DNA of 63,969 bases, filler included, from Ministeria vibrans ATCC 50519 (Eukaryota; Protista; Filasterea): assembly GCA_943704425.1 (NCBI GenBank). It is 6 parts of 6 records of this genome, joined end to end, with 100 filler letters (N's around TTAATTAATTAA, not from the genome) between each part and the next. Parts side by side here need not be neighbours in the genome. Positions count along the whole stretch, not along the records: positions 11,111 to 14,040 come from CALSCP010002786.1; positions 14,141 to 16,496 come from CALSCP010002294.1; positions 16,597 to 33,356 come from CALSCP010001177.1; 3 more parts are not named here. One strand, 5' to 3'. Each line of letters opens with the position of its first letter. The stretch's first letter is position 1. The notes beneath the pieces were generated by a model, which was not told the origin of the DNA, did no database searches, and saw only the letters and a list, made by a program, of their open reading frames with translations. The position numbers and the translations under genes are program-made. Positions 11,917 to 26,562 of this stretch are shown piece by piece.

Positions 11917-13506
11917 TCAATCTCTCCAAGTGACGAGCACCTCGTCGGTGCGAAAGCGCTGGGTAATGGTTGACTGTGAGACGGGAGTGCGGACGCCGGC
12001 GCGATACAGGTGGAGGCCGGCCCATGCAATCATGACGCCGTTGTCGATGCAGAAGCGCTCGTCCATGCCGCAGCAAAGCGCGCCCCGCTGCGCACACATG
12101 AGCCCCATCATGGCCTGCAGACGCTCGTTGCACCCCACCCCGCCCACGATCAGCACGCTCGATGCCCCGCAGTGCGCCAGAGCTCGCTCTGTTGTCTCCA
12201 CCAGCATCGCAAACAGCGTCTCCTGCAGCGAGTAGCACAGGTCGGCCGCAGTGCACGAGCCCTCGGCCAGTCCCTTCACTGCGTACTCCTCGATAAACGA
12301 CAGAATACCACTGAAACTGCAACAACACCAACAATCAGACAGACAGAAAAGAGAAAGAGGAGAAAGAAGAGAAAAAGAGGAGAGAGAAGAGAGAGGGAAA
12401 CAAAGTAGTAGTAGAGAGAGAAAGAGAAACAAAGTGATAGAGAAAGATGCACACACTCACACACTCACATACATACCTGACGTCCATTCCCTTGACCACA
12501 TACGGGAGTTCGATGAGGCGCTGACCGCCCTGCCGTGCCAGCAGCTCAATGTTGTAGCCGGGCGACGGGTCGTTGGAGATGTTCAGCACCCGCGCGAACC
12601 GGTCCAGACAGTTCCCAATGGCCATGTCAATTGTCTCTCCTGTGCGAGTAAGTGCGTGCGTGAGTGAGTAATATGAAATGTATGTGGTACCAAAAATTTG
12701 ATATCGGTTGTTCGAGTAGGCAATCACTTGTGTGTTGCCACCGCTCACATAAAGAATCACTGGATTATCAGCGCCCGTCACAAGGCGTCCCATTTCAATA
12801 TGTCTAATTCAAAGAATGAGATGGGGAAAGGTGTGTGCGTGTGTGTGTGAGTGTGTGTGAGAGAGAAAGTGAGAGAAAGTGAGAGAGAGAAAGTGAGAGA
12901 GAGTGTGTGAGTGAGTGAGTGTGTGTGTGTGTGAGTGAGTGTGATGGAGAAAGCAAGGTAGAAACAGCGGATGGTCGAGAGAGACCAGAGAGGTGGAACA
13001 GCGTGAGAGGCAAGAGGAGGTGGAGTGTGAGGAGTGGAGTGTGGCAACGAACCCAATGCAATGGTTCACAGCAATCAACGGTAAGTCCCACAAGAGTGCC
13101 ACTGTTCTCGCTGCAATGGCCGTCGTTTGCAGCGGCGCTCCCATGCCAGGGCCTTTGGTATAGCAGACGCACGCCAGCTCGCGTCCGGCGACGCCTGCTT
13201 CAGCAAGGGCGCGGCGAGCCACATCAATGACAACCTGCACCAAAGCAACGCACGGTTGACGCGTCCCGGCTCGTGTGTGCGGTGGAGGGCGATGGCTGGT
13301 GGGTGGAAGGGGGGGGAAGTTGGTTGATCTCGTACCTCGCGATGGTGTGCTGCCGTCTCGCGGGGAAGGAAGCCCTGGCCCGGCGGTGTCACGTATGTGT
13401 GTCGGATGTTGCTCAGGACCGTTCCGTCGTCCGCGACAATTCCAACGGCGAGTTTGTTGGCGCTCCCTTCAAACCCAATGGCAAGAGTGCGTGTTTTCGT
13501 AGTCAT
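11917..13506 (-). CDS. OSGEP: tRNA t6A synthesis enzyme Kae1/OSGEP
   Basis: [66 protein letters not shown]. Confidence 0.97.
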
Positions 13507-13624
13507 CGTAGAGCGACAAAAGTAATGCCGACAGCAGAATTAAATATTAATTGAAACTGAATAAGTAAATTATATTCAACAGTCAATCGGTGACCCGTTA
13601 CTTTATTCGTACAGACCATACGCT

Positions 13625-13841
13625 ATGTATCAGGTGTTAGGTCATAGATTGAGGTTCTCCAGCGTTTGCTTGTCGCTTGATGAGGTTGATCGAGACGGCA
13701 ATGTACGGGAGAGAACGACGGAGAGAGAGAAAGATCTCTCACTGTGTTCTGAGTGATTGTGATTGTGTGTTCTTTGTAGGAAAATTGTCCTTGAACGAAT
13801 TTCTTATTGCTGCAACTGCCAACTTGCAGGAACACATGTGA
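13625..13841 (+). pseudogene. Possible degenerate EF-hand gene fragment
   Basis: LDEVDRDGN, GT..AG intron, GKLSLNEFL form a canonical EF-hand loop, but the splice is off by 1 nt. Confidence 0.4.
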
Positions 13842-14174
13842 CATAACTCATTGACACATAATGGCATCCAGAACTGACAAACTTTTGAATACAGTCGGAA
13901 AGAAAAACGAGAAAAAAAAAAGAGAAAAGAAAAAAAAACTACAGACGAGACACTGAGTGTGATTTGTATATTCAGAAGATGTGTGCATTAGAAAAGAGTG
14001 TTGTTTGAGTGAGAGGCACAAGTGCCCCACAACCAACCGTNNNNNNNNNNNNNNNNNNNNNNNNNNNNNNNNNNNNNNNNNNNNTTAATTAATTAANNNN
14101 NNNNNNNNNNNNNNNNNNNNNNNNNNNNNNNNNNNNNNNNCAATTTTTTTTTTTTTTTTTTTGTCCCTTTGTAG

Positions 14175-16365
14175 AGGAAATTGACGTCGCGCAGCGACCG
14201 AATCAAGTCGGTGGAGTTGCACCCGACTGAGCCATGGGTGCTTCTGTCCATCTACTGCGGCAAAGTCCACATCCACAATTACGAAACACAGGTAGGAACG
14301 CGAAAGGAAAAGGCAAGGGCGCCAGGCGCAGGCGGATTGCTCACTCTGCAGCGCACGGATGCTGTAGACGCTTGTGAAGCAGTTTGAGATCAACGAGCAC
14401 CCTGTGCGTGCGTCGGTCTTTGTGGCTCGCAAGAACTGGGTGGTTGTGGGCAGCGACGACACGCAGATTCGCGTCTTCAACTACAACACCATGGAGAAGG
14501 TTGTCGAATTTGAGGCGCACACCGACTACATTCGCTCGCTCGCTGTGCACCCCACACAGTCATTCATTCTCTCATCCAGGTAACCAAAGAAACAAAACAA
14601 AAGAACGCGCAAAAAAGTGCGTAGGATGGCACGTCTCACCGGCATCGTGTGTGTGTGTGTGTGTGCTCCAAACTTGTAGTGACGATTTCTCCATCAAGTT
14701 GTGGGACTGGGAGAAGAACTGGGCGTGTGCACAGGTGTTCGAAGGTCACGGCCACTATGTGATGCAGGTTGTCTTCAACCCCAAGGTAAAGGAGAAGAAC
14801 CTTTTTCGTGAAGCACAATGCAACATACGCTTTTGTTGTTGTTGTAGGACACAAACACGTTTGCGAGTGCGTCGCTTGACAGGACAATTCGAGTGTGGCA
14901 ATTGGGCTCTTCGGTGCCCAACTTTACCTTGGAGGGTCACGAGGCTGGCGTCAACTCCATTGACTACTACCCTGTACGCTTTTACATTTTGTTTGGTCGC
15001 CCGTGCCTTGAGTATTGATGATCGGGTTTTTTTTTCTTGTCATTGTTGATAGGGGGGCGAGAAGCCGTATATTGTGTCGGGTGCAGACGACCGTTCGGTC
15101 AAGGTGTGGGACTATCAGACCAAGGCGTGTATGCAGACTCTGGATGGCCACTCACAGAACGTCACGTCGGTCAAGTTCCACCCTGAGATGCCTATCATTA
15201 TCAGTGCCTCAGAAGACGGTAGAGTTTTTTTATTTATAATAATTAATTATTTATATTAATAATAATATAATTATATTTTTTGTTTTCAATGCTTAGGCAC
15301 GGTGCGACTGTGGCACTCGAGCACGTATCGCTTGGAGACAACACTCAACTACGGCATGGAACGTGCCTGGTGTGCGGCATGTCGACGCGGCTCAAACCTC
15401 ATTGCGCTTGGCTACGACGAGGGCAGCATTGTCGTGCAGATGGGTCGCGAAGAGCCCGCCATGTCCATGGACGTCTCCGGTATGACATTGCGCTGACGTG
15501 CATTTTCAAGTTATATTATAATTATAATAATTTTATGACTGTTATATTTCTGTGTATGTCTTTGGGGTGTGTATGTGTCTCACCTCGTAATGTATGTAGG
15601 CAAGGTGGTGTGGAGCAACCGCAACGAGATCATGTTGGCGAACCTCAAGGCTGTTGACAGTCCGGACCAACTCGAAGATGGTGAACCGGTACTTGTGCCC
15701 ACCAAGGAGCTCGGGACAGTTGAGGTACGTCACAATACACGGATATGTTTTTTTGTTTTTGAATTATTGTTATTAATTTTTTATCTGTTTTTGCAGGAGT
15801 TGCCGCAAAAGATGCAGCACAACCCAAACGGACGATTTGTGGCGGTCATGGGAGACGGTGAGTACACGGTGTACACGGCAGTGGCATGGCGTAACATGAG
15901 CTACGGCGTCGGACTGGACTTTGTGTGGTCCGACAAGAACGAGCATGCGGTGCGCGACGCTGGCAACAAAGTCAAGATCAGCAACAAGACATTCAAGGAA
16001 CGCACGACGTTCAAACCAGACTTCTCCATTGAGGCGCTCTACGGCGGTCCCCTTCTGGGCGCCCGCTCGGCCACCTCACTCGCCTTCTACGAGTGGGAAA
16101 CCACCGACCTGATCCGTCGCATCGAGATTACGGCGCGTCTCGTCATCTGGAGCGAGGATGGCACACTGGTGGCCGTCGTAAGCGACGAATCATTTTACGT
16201 TCTACGATTTGTGGATGACGCAGTGGCCAAGTGGCGTGCAAACGGCGCGGAGCCCCTTGAGGATGGCATTGAGGATGCCTTTGATGTGATTGCCGACGTG
16301 GACGAGATCGTCAAGACGGGTATCTGGGTCGGTGATTGCTTTGTTTTTACCAATTCCGTCAACCG
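14175..16365 (+). CDS. COPB2: Coatomer subunit beta' (partial; both ends in gaps)
   Basis: [60 protein letters not shown]. Confidence 0.97.
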
Positions 16366-16409
16366 GTATGACTTCTAAAACGATACTAATAATAATAATA
16401 ATAATAATG

Positions 16410-16496
<87 letters not shown>

Positions 16497-16697
16497 NNNN
16501 NNNNNNNNNNNNNNNNNNNNNNNNNNNNNNNNNNNNNNNNTTAATTAATTAANNNNNNNNNNNNNNNNNNNNNNNNNNNNNNNNNNNNNNNNNNNNACGG
16601 CGCGCGGGGATATTGTCTGCGAGCAAGTGCGCAGTGTGATGGGCTTTTATCGGCGTAGTCCATATTATGTTGCTTTTGGGTGGGGCTGGGTTGTTAC

Positions 16698-17005
16698 CTC
16701 GCGGCTCTTCTCTTTGCGCAGACGCACCCGCTCGTTGCGGACTGTGTTGATGCGTTGCATGAGAGCGTACACCTTGCGTTCCTGGGGCTCCATCACAACC
16801 GCCCGACGTGTCGCCAAAGTCGGTCGCTGTCGCTTCGTGGCCAGCTTGGGTGCCGATGCAAACGGCAGTTGGATGTTCTTAGGCACCTTGAGTGGGTTGA
16901 ATCGACGTACGGGTCGCTCAATGGGGCCAGTGTACTCCGAATCCTTCTTCTTGGGAATCGCAACTTCGTTGTCGCGTCGCAACTACAATCAAATCAAATT
17001 ATATT

Positions 17006-17051
<46 letters not shown>

Positions 17052-17127
17052 GCAGTCAACCAATCAAGCAGTCAATCAATCAAGCAGTCAATCAATCAAT
17101 CAATCAAGCAGTCAACCAATCAAGCAG

Positions 17128-17175
<48 letters not shown>

Positions 17176-17597
17176 GCAAGCAGTCAACCAATCAAGCAGT
17201 CAATCAAGCAGTCAATCAATCAATCAACCAATCAATCAATCAATTAACGCCTCTCTCTCTCTCTACCTGTGCTGTCGTCCGCATTCCCTGCCATCGCTCC
17301 CCCAGGAGCAGGTTTGTCACGGGATTGTGGTACTTGGTGGGCACAACAGGGTACCATGTGCGCATAAATACAATGTCTGTGCACACAAATGACAAAACAC
17401 AAAATCAGCTGCAGCACAATCATCGACACAAATTAATAAGCTGCCGTACCACTAGCCAACACCTTGTCCTCAAAGGCGGCACGGTAGGCGCCCTCGGGAG
17501 CAGCCAGCGCCCGCTTCACTTGACCACGCACTCCACTCACCGTCCGAATCGACGCTCCTTCAAACTTGGCCACCTACACACACACACACACACACAC

Positions 17598-17643
<46 letters not shown>

Positions 17644-20600
17644 AACAAAAAATGAATGCGTTGCCCAATTGACTTCAACATCACGCACCTCGAGCTGGGT
17701 TGAAAACATGTCCTTGATAAACGCAGTGCGCTTGAAAATCTTGTAGGGAACACCCGTGAGCTTGAGCTTCTTGACAATGGTAAAGGACTGGTCGAGTTCG
17801 GTGATGACTCCCGTGCCGGCAATGCGGAAGCCTGGCTGTTGCGTCGCCACCGACTGCAGCGCAAGCACACCCGCGCCAGGCGCCACGAGAGGACCGTAAA
17901 AGGTCGCAACACAGTGCATGTGTTGCGGTGTGTACTTGAGCATGCGGTTGCGCATGTTGTGGTCCGTGATGGTGTACACCGGCAGTGTCTGGTAGCGTCG
18001 CCAACCTACCGACATGATCAGCGGGTCGTTCGTCTTGAGAATCTTCTTGTGCCATCGATGCTTCTTGAAGCGCGCCTGTACAAAGCCAAGCGTTTCCTCG
18101 CTGTGCAGCAGTCCACCCAGCAGCAGAGGGCAGCGCGGGTTAAAGTGCGTCACTAGCTCGCACGGAACACCGCGCAGCTCAATGCGCACATAATGACCTG
18201 GTCGCACTCCTTCGTATTGCACGCGCGTCAAATCGTCGTCGTCGGCCCACTCGCGTTCGTTGCGCTCTCGTCGCTCCTCCAGCTCCCTCTTCAGACCCTG
18301 GTAGTAGTCGTCATCGTCGCGGTTCTTGTTGCGGTCCAGATCCTTGGTCGCCCGCTTGATTCCGTCCGCATCGTCACCGCCCGTTCCCTCCTCATCGTCC
18401 TCGTCCATGTCGTCCTCGTCGCCGCCAATCGTACCACGCGCCAATCCATCCACGCTCTCAATCCCACCCGCATCAAATGCGGCGTCAAACTTGCGCTTCG
18501 CCGCCGCCTTTTTCTCGGCCCACTTGCGTCGCTCCGCTTCCATTTCATCCGCATCCTCCATGTTCACATCACCATCATCCTCATCGTGGTTGCCCGCTCG
18601 GTGCACTTCGCCTGTCTCTAGATCCTCAAAGTCGCCGTACACTTCATCATCATCGTCGTCGTCGTCGTCGTCGCCACCGCCTGCGTCCATTGCCGCGCTG
18701 CTTCGTCCTCGACGCTTCATGTCCTTGATCTGCTTGAGTGCCTCTCCGTCGCGTGCCAACAGCGTCGCTGCGTCACGTCCCTCGTCCCATTTGCCCGTCA
18801 CAAAACGCCCACGCAACGTCTCCAACACATCCTTGTTCTCCCAACGACTCAGCAGCTCCTTTTGTACCTTCCAACGACACGTCTCTTCCTCGGGCAGTGT
18901 CACTGCGTGCGAACCATTGGCATCCGCCTCGTCTTCGTCGTCGTCGTCCTCCTCCGCACTTGCCTCCTCATCGACATTGTGTGAATGTGCCTTACGGAAT
19001 AGACCCCCAAACAGTTCCTTCTTGCTCTCCTTGCTCTTGGCCTCCTTCTTGGTCGCGGCCGTCTCGTCGCTGCCGTGCTTGCCGTAGATCAAACGCGCCA
19101 AGTTCACCGGCCGGTTTCCTCCAAAGGACTCAGCAGCACGCGCCTGCAAGTCCGTCTTCCATCGCAACGCACTCGTTTCCTCGTCCGAGTCCGACTCAGA
19201 GTCCGGCTCGGAGTCTGACTCAAAATCATCAGAGTCGGACTCGTCAAACTCCTCGTCAAACTCATCTTCGTCATCGTCGTCGTCGTCGTCATTGCCATCG
19301 TCCGAGCCCATCTCGTACGCTTCCTCATCAAACTCATCATCGTCATCATCATCGCTCATCTCCATCTCCATCTCGTCGTCTTCATCAAACTCCTCATCAT
19401 CCGACTCGCTTCCCAACATCTTTCCTCCTCGCTCCTCCACCTCAAACACCAGCCTCTCCTTTTTCGTTTCCTTCTCCTTCTTCTTTTCCTTCACCTTTTT
19501 CTTCGTCTTCCCTCCGGCAAGCGTCCTTTTCGGCCGCTCGTCTTCGTCTTCGCCCTCCTCATCTTCCTCTTCCTCCTCCTCCTCCTCCTCTTCGTCGTCG
19601 TCGTCGTCCTCTTCATCGTTGTCCTCTTCGTCATCATTTCCGTCTTCCTCGCCACTCTCATCGTCGTCAAAAATAGCACGCCGTCTCACGCGTCCTCCTT
19701 GAACGACAACACGCTCTTCGCGCTTCCGTGCGCGCGGCAGGTCAAACACGGACTCAACTTCGCTCGAACGGAGGGGAGCAGTATGGCTGAAAAGACGCAT
19801 CTCGCTTTCGTCCAGCTGTGCGTCCAGCGTGGCCTCCTGCTGCACCAGCGAATCCAACATTTGTTCGCCCACTCCGCCCGCCGACGTATGCGCCATACCT
19901 CGAAAGTTGTGGTCGCCGTCTCCCTCCGCTTCCTCCCCCTCCTCTTCCAGTGCCCTTTCGGCTTCCGCCTCCCGTACGAGTGCGTCCTCTTCGCGTCGTC
20001 GCTGCACCAACTCCTCGGGAAGGTCAATGTAGACGGCGTCCTTGTCGTAGAGGATATCGCCCACATTGGCCATGGGCGCGTAAAGCGCGCGCTTCTTGTC
20101 GTCAAGCTTGCGGCGTTTCACCTGTCCATTGCGCGACGGAAGCGGCACGGGGTCTTCCATGATGGTCACGTTCTCCATGAAGAAGTCGCCGCAGCCGGCC
20201 ACGTGCACCTTCATAGCCGTTTTGAGGTTGGTGCCGCGTACAAAGCCGTACATACTGACGTTGCGGTCGGCCTTGGGGTCACGACGCACTCGCTCCGGGT
20301 CGCTGATGTCCTCAAATCGGTCGGCAATCACGTAGGGATGGGAGTTGCGCCACTGCAGCGGACGAAACTTCATCACACTGATAAAGCGACACAGGTTAAA
20401 CACCTCGCGCTGGCCGTAGAGTCCGTCGACAAGACCACTCAGGTAAAACAGCTTGGCGCCCTGGTAGATTTCCGTCCAAAAGCGCGTCTTGAAACGCTTT
20501 TTTGTCTTGCGCAGTCGCTTGTTGTCTTTGAAGTGGTCCAAGTGCGTCAACACGCCCATGATACGTGGGAAACCGTGCACCTAAGCAATACCAACAACCA

Positions 20601-21458
20601 CACAAACGGTGTGAGTACGAAATAATATAATAATAATAAATTTGTCCACTTTCAAACCTGCATCACATTGAGTGCCTCAAAGCTCTCCATCTCAAAGCCA
20701 AAAGAGGCGTCGACAAGAAGAAGGACCAAATCGGCCGTTTTGGCAACGTCAATCATGGCATTGAGGTCGACACCGTCACACTCGACAAAGGTTAGACGTC
20801 GCGCCTTGCCGCTGACTACGGTGATGGGACCCGTCGTGTCTGTCAGCTTGTGCCGTGTGTACTGACGCACCAGCGAACGAATCAACGTCGTCTTGCCCGA
20901 ACGCGGCGGTCCAATGACCCCGACAAGGATTGGCGGCGGGTCGACGGGCGTGCGGTCGAGCACGGGAATGTGATGTTTCTTGGCCTACACAATTCAATTG
21001 CAATGGGAATGAATGGATGAAATGGAACCAAAACGTCCCTCCCTTCCACTCGTTCGCTGTGGGGTTTTCCCTGCGCGTCGCCGCATACCTGGACATCGAG
21101 CCGGCGTCGATTCTGTCGCTCGGCGCGCACGCCAGAGTAGAGGGCGAACGCCTTGGGGTTGCGTGCCTGGGCCTTGGCGCGGTCCTCGCCAGCGTCGCCG
21201 TGCTTTTTGTGTTCGCCCTCGTCGTCCGTCTTCTTGTGCTTCCTGCGCTCTGCCTTGCGTCCTGCCAAGCCCAAACCCCAGAGAGCGAGTCAGTAGCCAT
21301 GCGAATGAGCGATGCCAATCGAGGCTCAGCGAAGAGCAATTTGAGTTTTTTTGACGTTCACGTGTGACAGACAAACGAACAAACTCACCGGCTTTGCTGT
21401 TCCGGTGCGCCTTGTGAGAGTCCGCACCAAACTCGCTGGCGTCTTTGTCACCAGGCAT
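16698..21458 (-). CDS. BMS1: Ribosome biogenesis GTPase BMS1 (last exon in gap)
   Basis: [12 protein letters not shown]-loop, [14 protein letters not shown], acidic linker, [32 protein letters not shown]. Confidence 0.97.
17007..17243. repeat. (CAAT)n microsatellite with CAAGCAGT variants in a BMS1 intron
   Basis: Directly visible. Confidence 0.9.
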
Positions 21459-21574
21459 GAGCTTAACAAGTTGTTAGGATATTTTTGAACTATTGTGAAT
21501 AATATTTTATTCATTCATTTTTCATTTGCGAATTTGCATTGCGCGATAAAGGTTTCATTATTATTCAATTACCA

Positions 21575-22595
21575 ATGGAATCCGCCCGATCGCTTGTCAC
21601 GTCTTTGCTGGATGCGGCAGAGAAGGCGGCGACGATTGCAAGGCTATGTCGACGAGAAAAGGCGCTGTTCAGCCTGCTGATTGAGGAGAAGACAGTGACG
21701 GCAAACGACCGCTTCAAACACGACTTCAAAACACTCGCCGACGTGCTCATCCAGGAGACCGTTCGACACGACTTGTGTCAGCGCTTTCCTGCGCTCGCAG
21801 CCAACTTCCATGGGTAGCAAGGACGACAATCGAAATAATTTTTGTGTTTGTGTCCAACGTCACTCTTCTCCTTTTGGCCAAACCAGCGAAGAAGACAACC
21901 TGTTCACCAACACCAACGGCGTGCAGGTGGCCTTGCGCGTGTGCGAGACGGTGGCGCAGACCAAGGCGCTGCTGCTGGATGTGCTGGACGGCAACGACGC
22001 GGCGGCAAGTGCGCTGTCGGCGGCTGTTCATGCGCCCGTCGCCGTTGCGCCCGAGCCCGAGCTCGAACGCCTGCATGCGCACGTGGACACCGCCGATGTT
22101 GGCGTCTGGATTGATCCTGTACGCACGTTTGCACTGCACCCGTTTTGCTTTCGCACAATTCAACATCGGTACATGCACTCTACTTTGTTTAGGTCGATGG
22201 AACAAGGCAGTACATTAACGGTGCACTGCCGGACAGCATCAATGGCGTCTATACGAGCGGCCTGCGCAATGCGACCGTTCTCATTGGTATGTTCACCGTG
22301 AGTACCGGCGTGCCGCTGGCGGGAGTGGTGAATCAGCCCTTCTGCACACCACCCAGCCAAGAAGAAGACGGCGTGTGGCGTGGTCGCCACGTCTGGGGCT
22401 TCTCATGTGGTCCCCACAGCGTGTGTTGCGCCGCTGTAGCTGCCACATCTGCTGCCACGGCTGCCACTGTTGCTGCTGCTGGGAGTTCCTCGGATGCGTC
22501 CTTACGGCTGATTACCAGCAAGATGGAGAGCACCGAAGTGATTTCGGCCGCACACGCCCAAGGAATACACACGATTCACGCTGGAGGTACTGCAA

Positions 22596-22673
<78 letters not shown>

Positions 22674-23056
22674 TTTTATTTATTAATTTTTATCATGATA
22701 ATTTTGTGCTGTTGGTGCAGGTGCCGGCTACAAGCTGCTCACGGTCATTGACGGTGACACAGACGCGTATCTGCTGACGGCATCCTCGACGTACAAGGTA
22801 AGCGTATGCTCATCGACACGAACGACACACGCTAAGTACATACTAGTGGGACACATGTGGTCCGCATGCCATTCTCAATGCAGCCGGTGGCGGTCTGTGG
22901 AACCGCACGGGTGCTCAGTTGGTGTACCATGCGCCTGACGATCCCGCTGACAAGTCTCCAAAAGAATGGCAAAACAAGAAGGGTCTTCTTGGCATTCTGC
23001 ACACCGCCCACTACGATCGTTTCAACAAGCTCTTTCCCCCTAAGCCAGATGTATAA
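21575..23056 (+). CDS. INPP1: Inositol polyphosphate 1-phosphatase
   Basis: AEKAATIARLCR, DFKTLADVLIQE, GEED, WIDPVDGT, GAGYK, YKWDTCGPHAIL. Confidence 0.92.
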
Positions 23057-23237
23057 ACCCATTAATATTAAATTTTATTATAATAAGACGTAGTACGCCG
23101 AGTAATTTAATAATAATAATAATTTTATTGTATACTAATTATTAATATTTTTGTGAATTCGTAGGTGATTCGTAGTCCTAGTGAATAATGATTAATAAAA
23201 AATTAAAAATAATTAATATAATTATATTTTTTTGCTG

Positions 23238-25196
<1,959 letters not shown>

Positions 25197-25316
25197 CCCA
25201 ATACAATTCAATTTAACATTCCCTGCCTATTGAGGCTGAATCTTATGAAGGATTATTAATCTAGTTATTACAGTATTGCACATACGTGTGTTTCACACTC
25301 TGTCCTCTCGCTAGTT

Positions 25317-26402
25317 CTATAGCATTTGCGCGTAGTCGTGGGGCTCGCGATGGCAGGCACACATCCACCAGTTGCGCAGGAGGCCCTGGTCAAAGGGATT
25401 GTCGTCATCACTGCGCCGTCGTAGGTATGTGATGCGCGAGCGCCGCGTGAGCTCCCAAGTAGTCTGTGCAGTCGACAGCAGATACGTGTGGAAGCCCACT
25501 AGCACCGAGAAGACCACGGCACCTACCACCAGTGGTACCATCGTCACAATCCGGAGCATTGACTCTCCACTCGACAGCGCAACTCCCTGTGCAACCAACA
25601 AAAATAACAACAACAACAACAATAATTTTTTTTGTTATTCTCGTGCGGGAACACACTCTTATACCGTTCGCCACACTGTAATCGTCAGTATTGCCCAATA
25701 GATCGCAATCATGTGCGTTAGTAAAAATGCCCAATACAGCCCGTGGTTTCGTTCGCCCACACAAGTCACTGACACGAAAAGAGACAATATCAAAACATTG
25801 CAGACACAAACAGGGAAGGCTCTACCTGTCCATGGACAATGGTGATCGTGCCGGCGGACACATCGCCGGCACGCTCGACAATGTCGCGCGCGAAGAGGCT
25901 ACACAGATGGCGTCACAACCCGACCACGTCATACACAACACAACGCAACACAGCACAAGCCAACGACACTGACCTGCACAATCTGACATCGCTCACACGT
26001 CAGTTGCATTGAGTTCAAAGAGCTCTTGACCGACAATATGCCCGCATGCTCGTCGTGCACCCCGTCGCTCTCATCGCCACCCGCATCCTCCGCGCCGACG
26101 TGGTCCTCCGACAGCACCGTTGCGGCCACACTCCCCCCAATCCCAATCGAAATGGACGTTTGTGCTGGCGCTTTCGCTTGCCGCCGTCGCCGCCGTCCAC
26201 GAACCTCTTTGGCCGCCGTGCCGGGGTCCACAATGAGCACGGCCGTGAATGTGATCGTGCAGGCGCCGCCCAGCAGTACAAAAGCCGCCCAAAAGCCGGC
26301 GCTGCGAGCGATGCCGGGCAAGAGCAGCACAGACAACATGGTCAACAGCCCAATCACACAATGCGCAGTGCGCGGCGCCACCACTCGCCATCTTAGCTCC
26401 AT
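25317..26402 (-). CDS. ZDHHC12: DHHC palmitoyltransferase, ZDHHC12-like
   Basis: [51 protein letters not shown]. Confidence 0.85.
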
Positions 26403-26562
26403 CAAACGGTGGCAACTTCAAACCAGAAACGATCAACGAACGCAACGAATTGTATTGTTTTCTAATCAATCGCAGAGAGACACGATCACCACGGTATCAA
26501 TCAAAAGTCAAAAATTACTTATTTTTGTCACACACAAGAAACCTCACAACAAAACCAACATC

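Noticed and set aside
18193-20625. Long antisense ORFs over BMS1 (likewise over MYO10 and SPDL1)
   Set aside because: Shadow ORFs caused by GC-rich codon usage and low-complexity acidic tracts.
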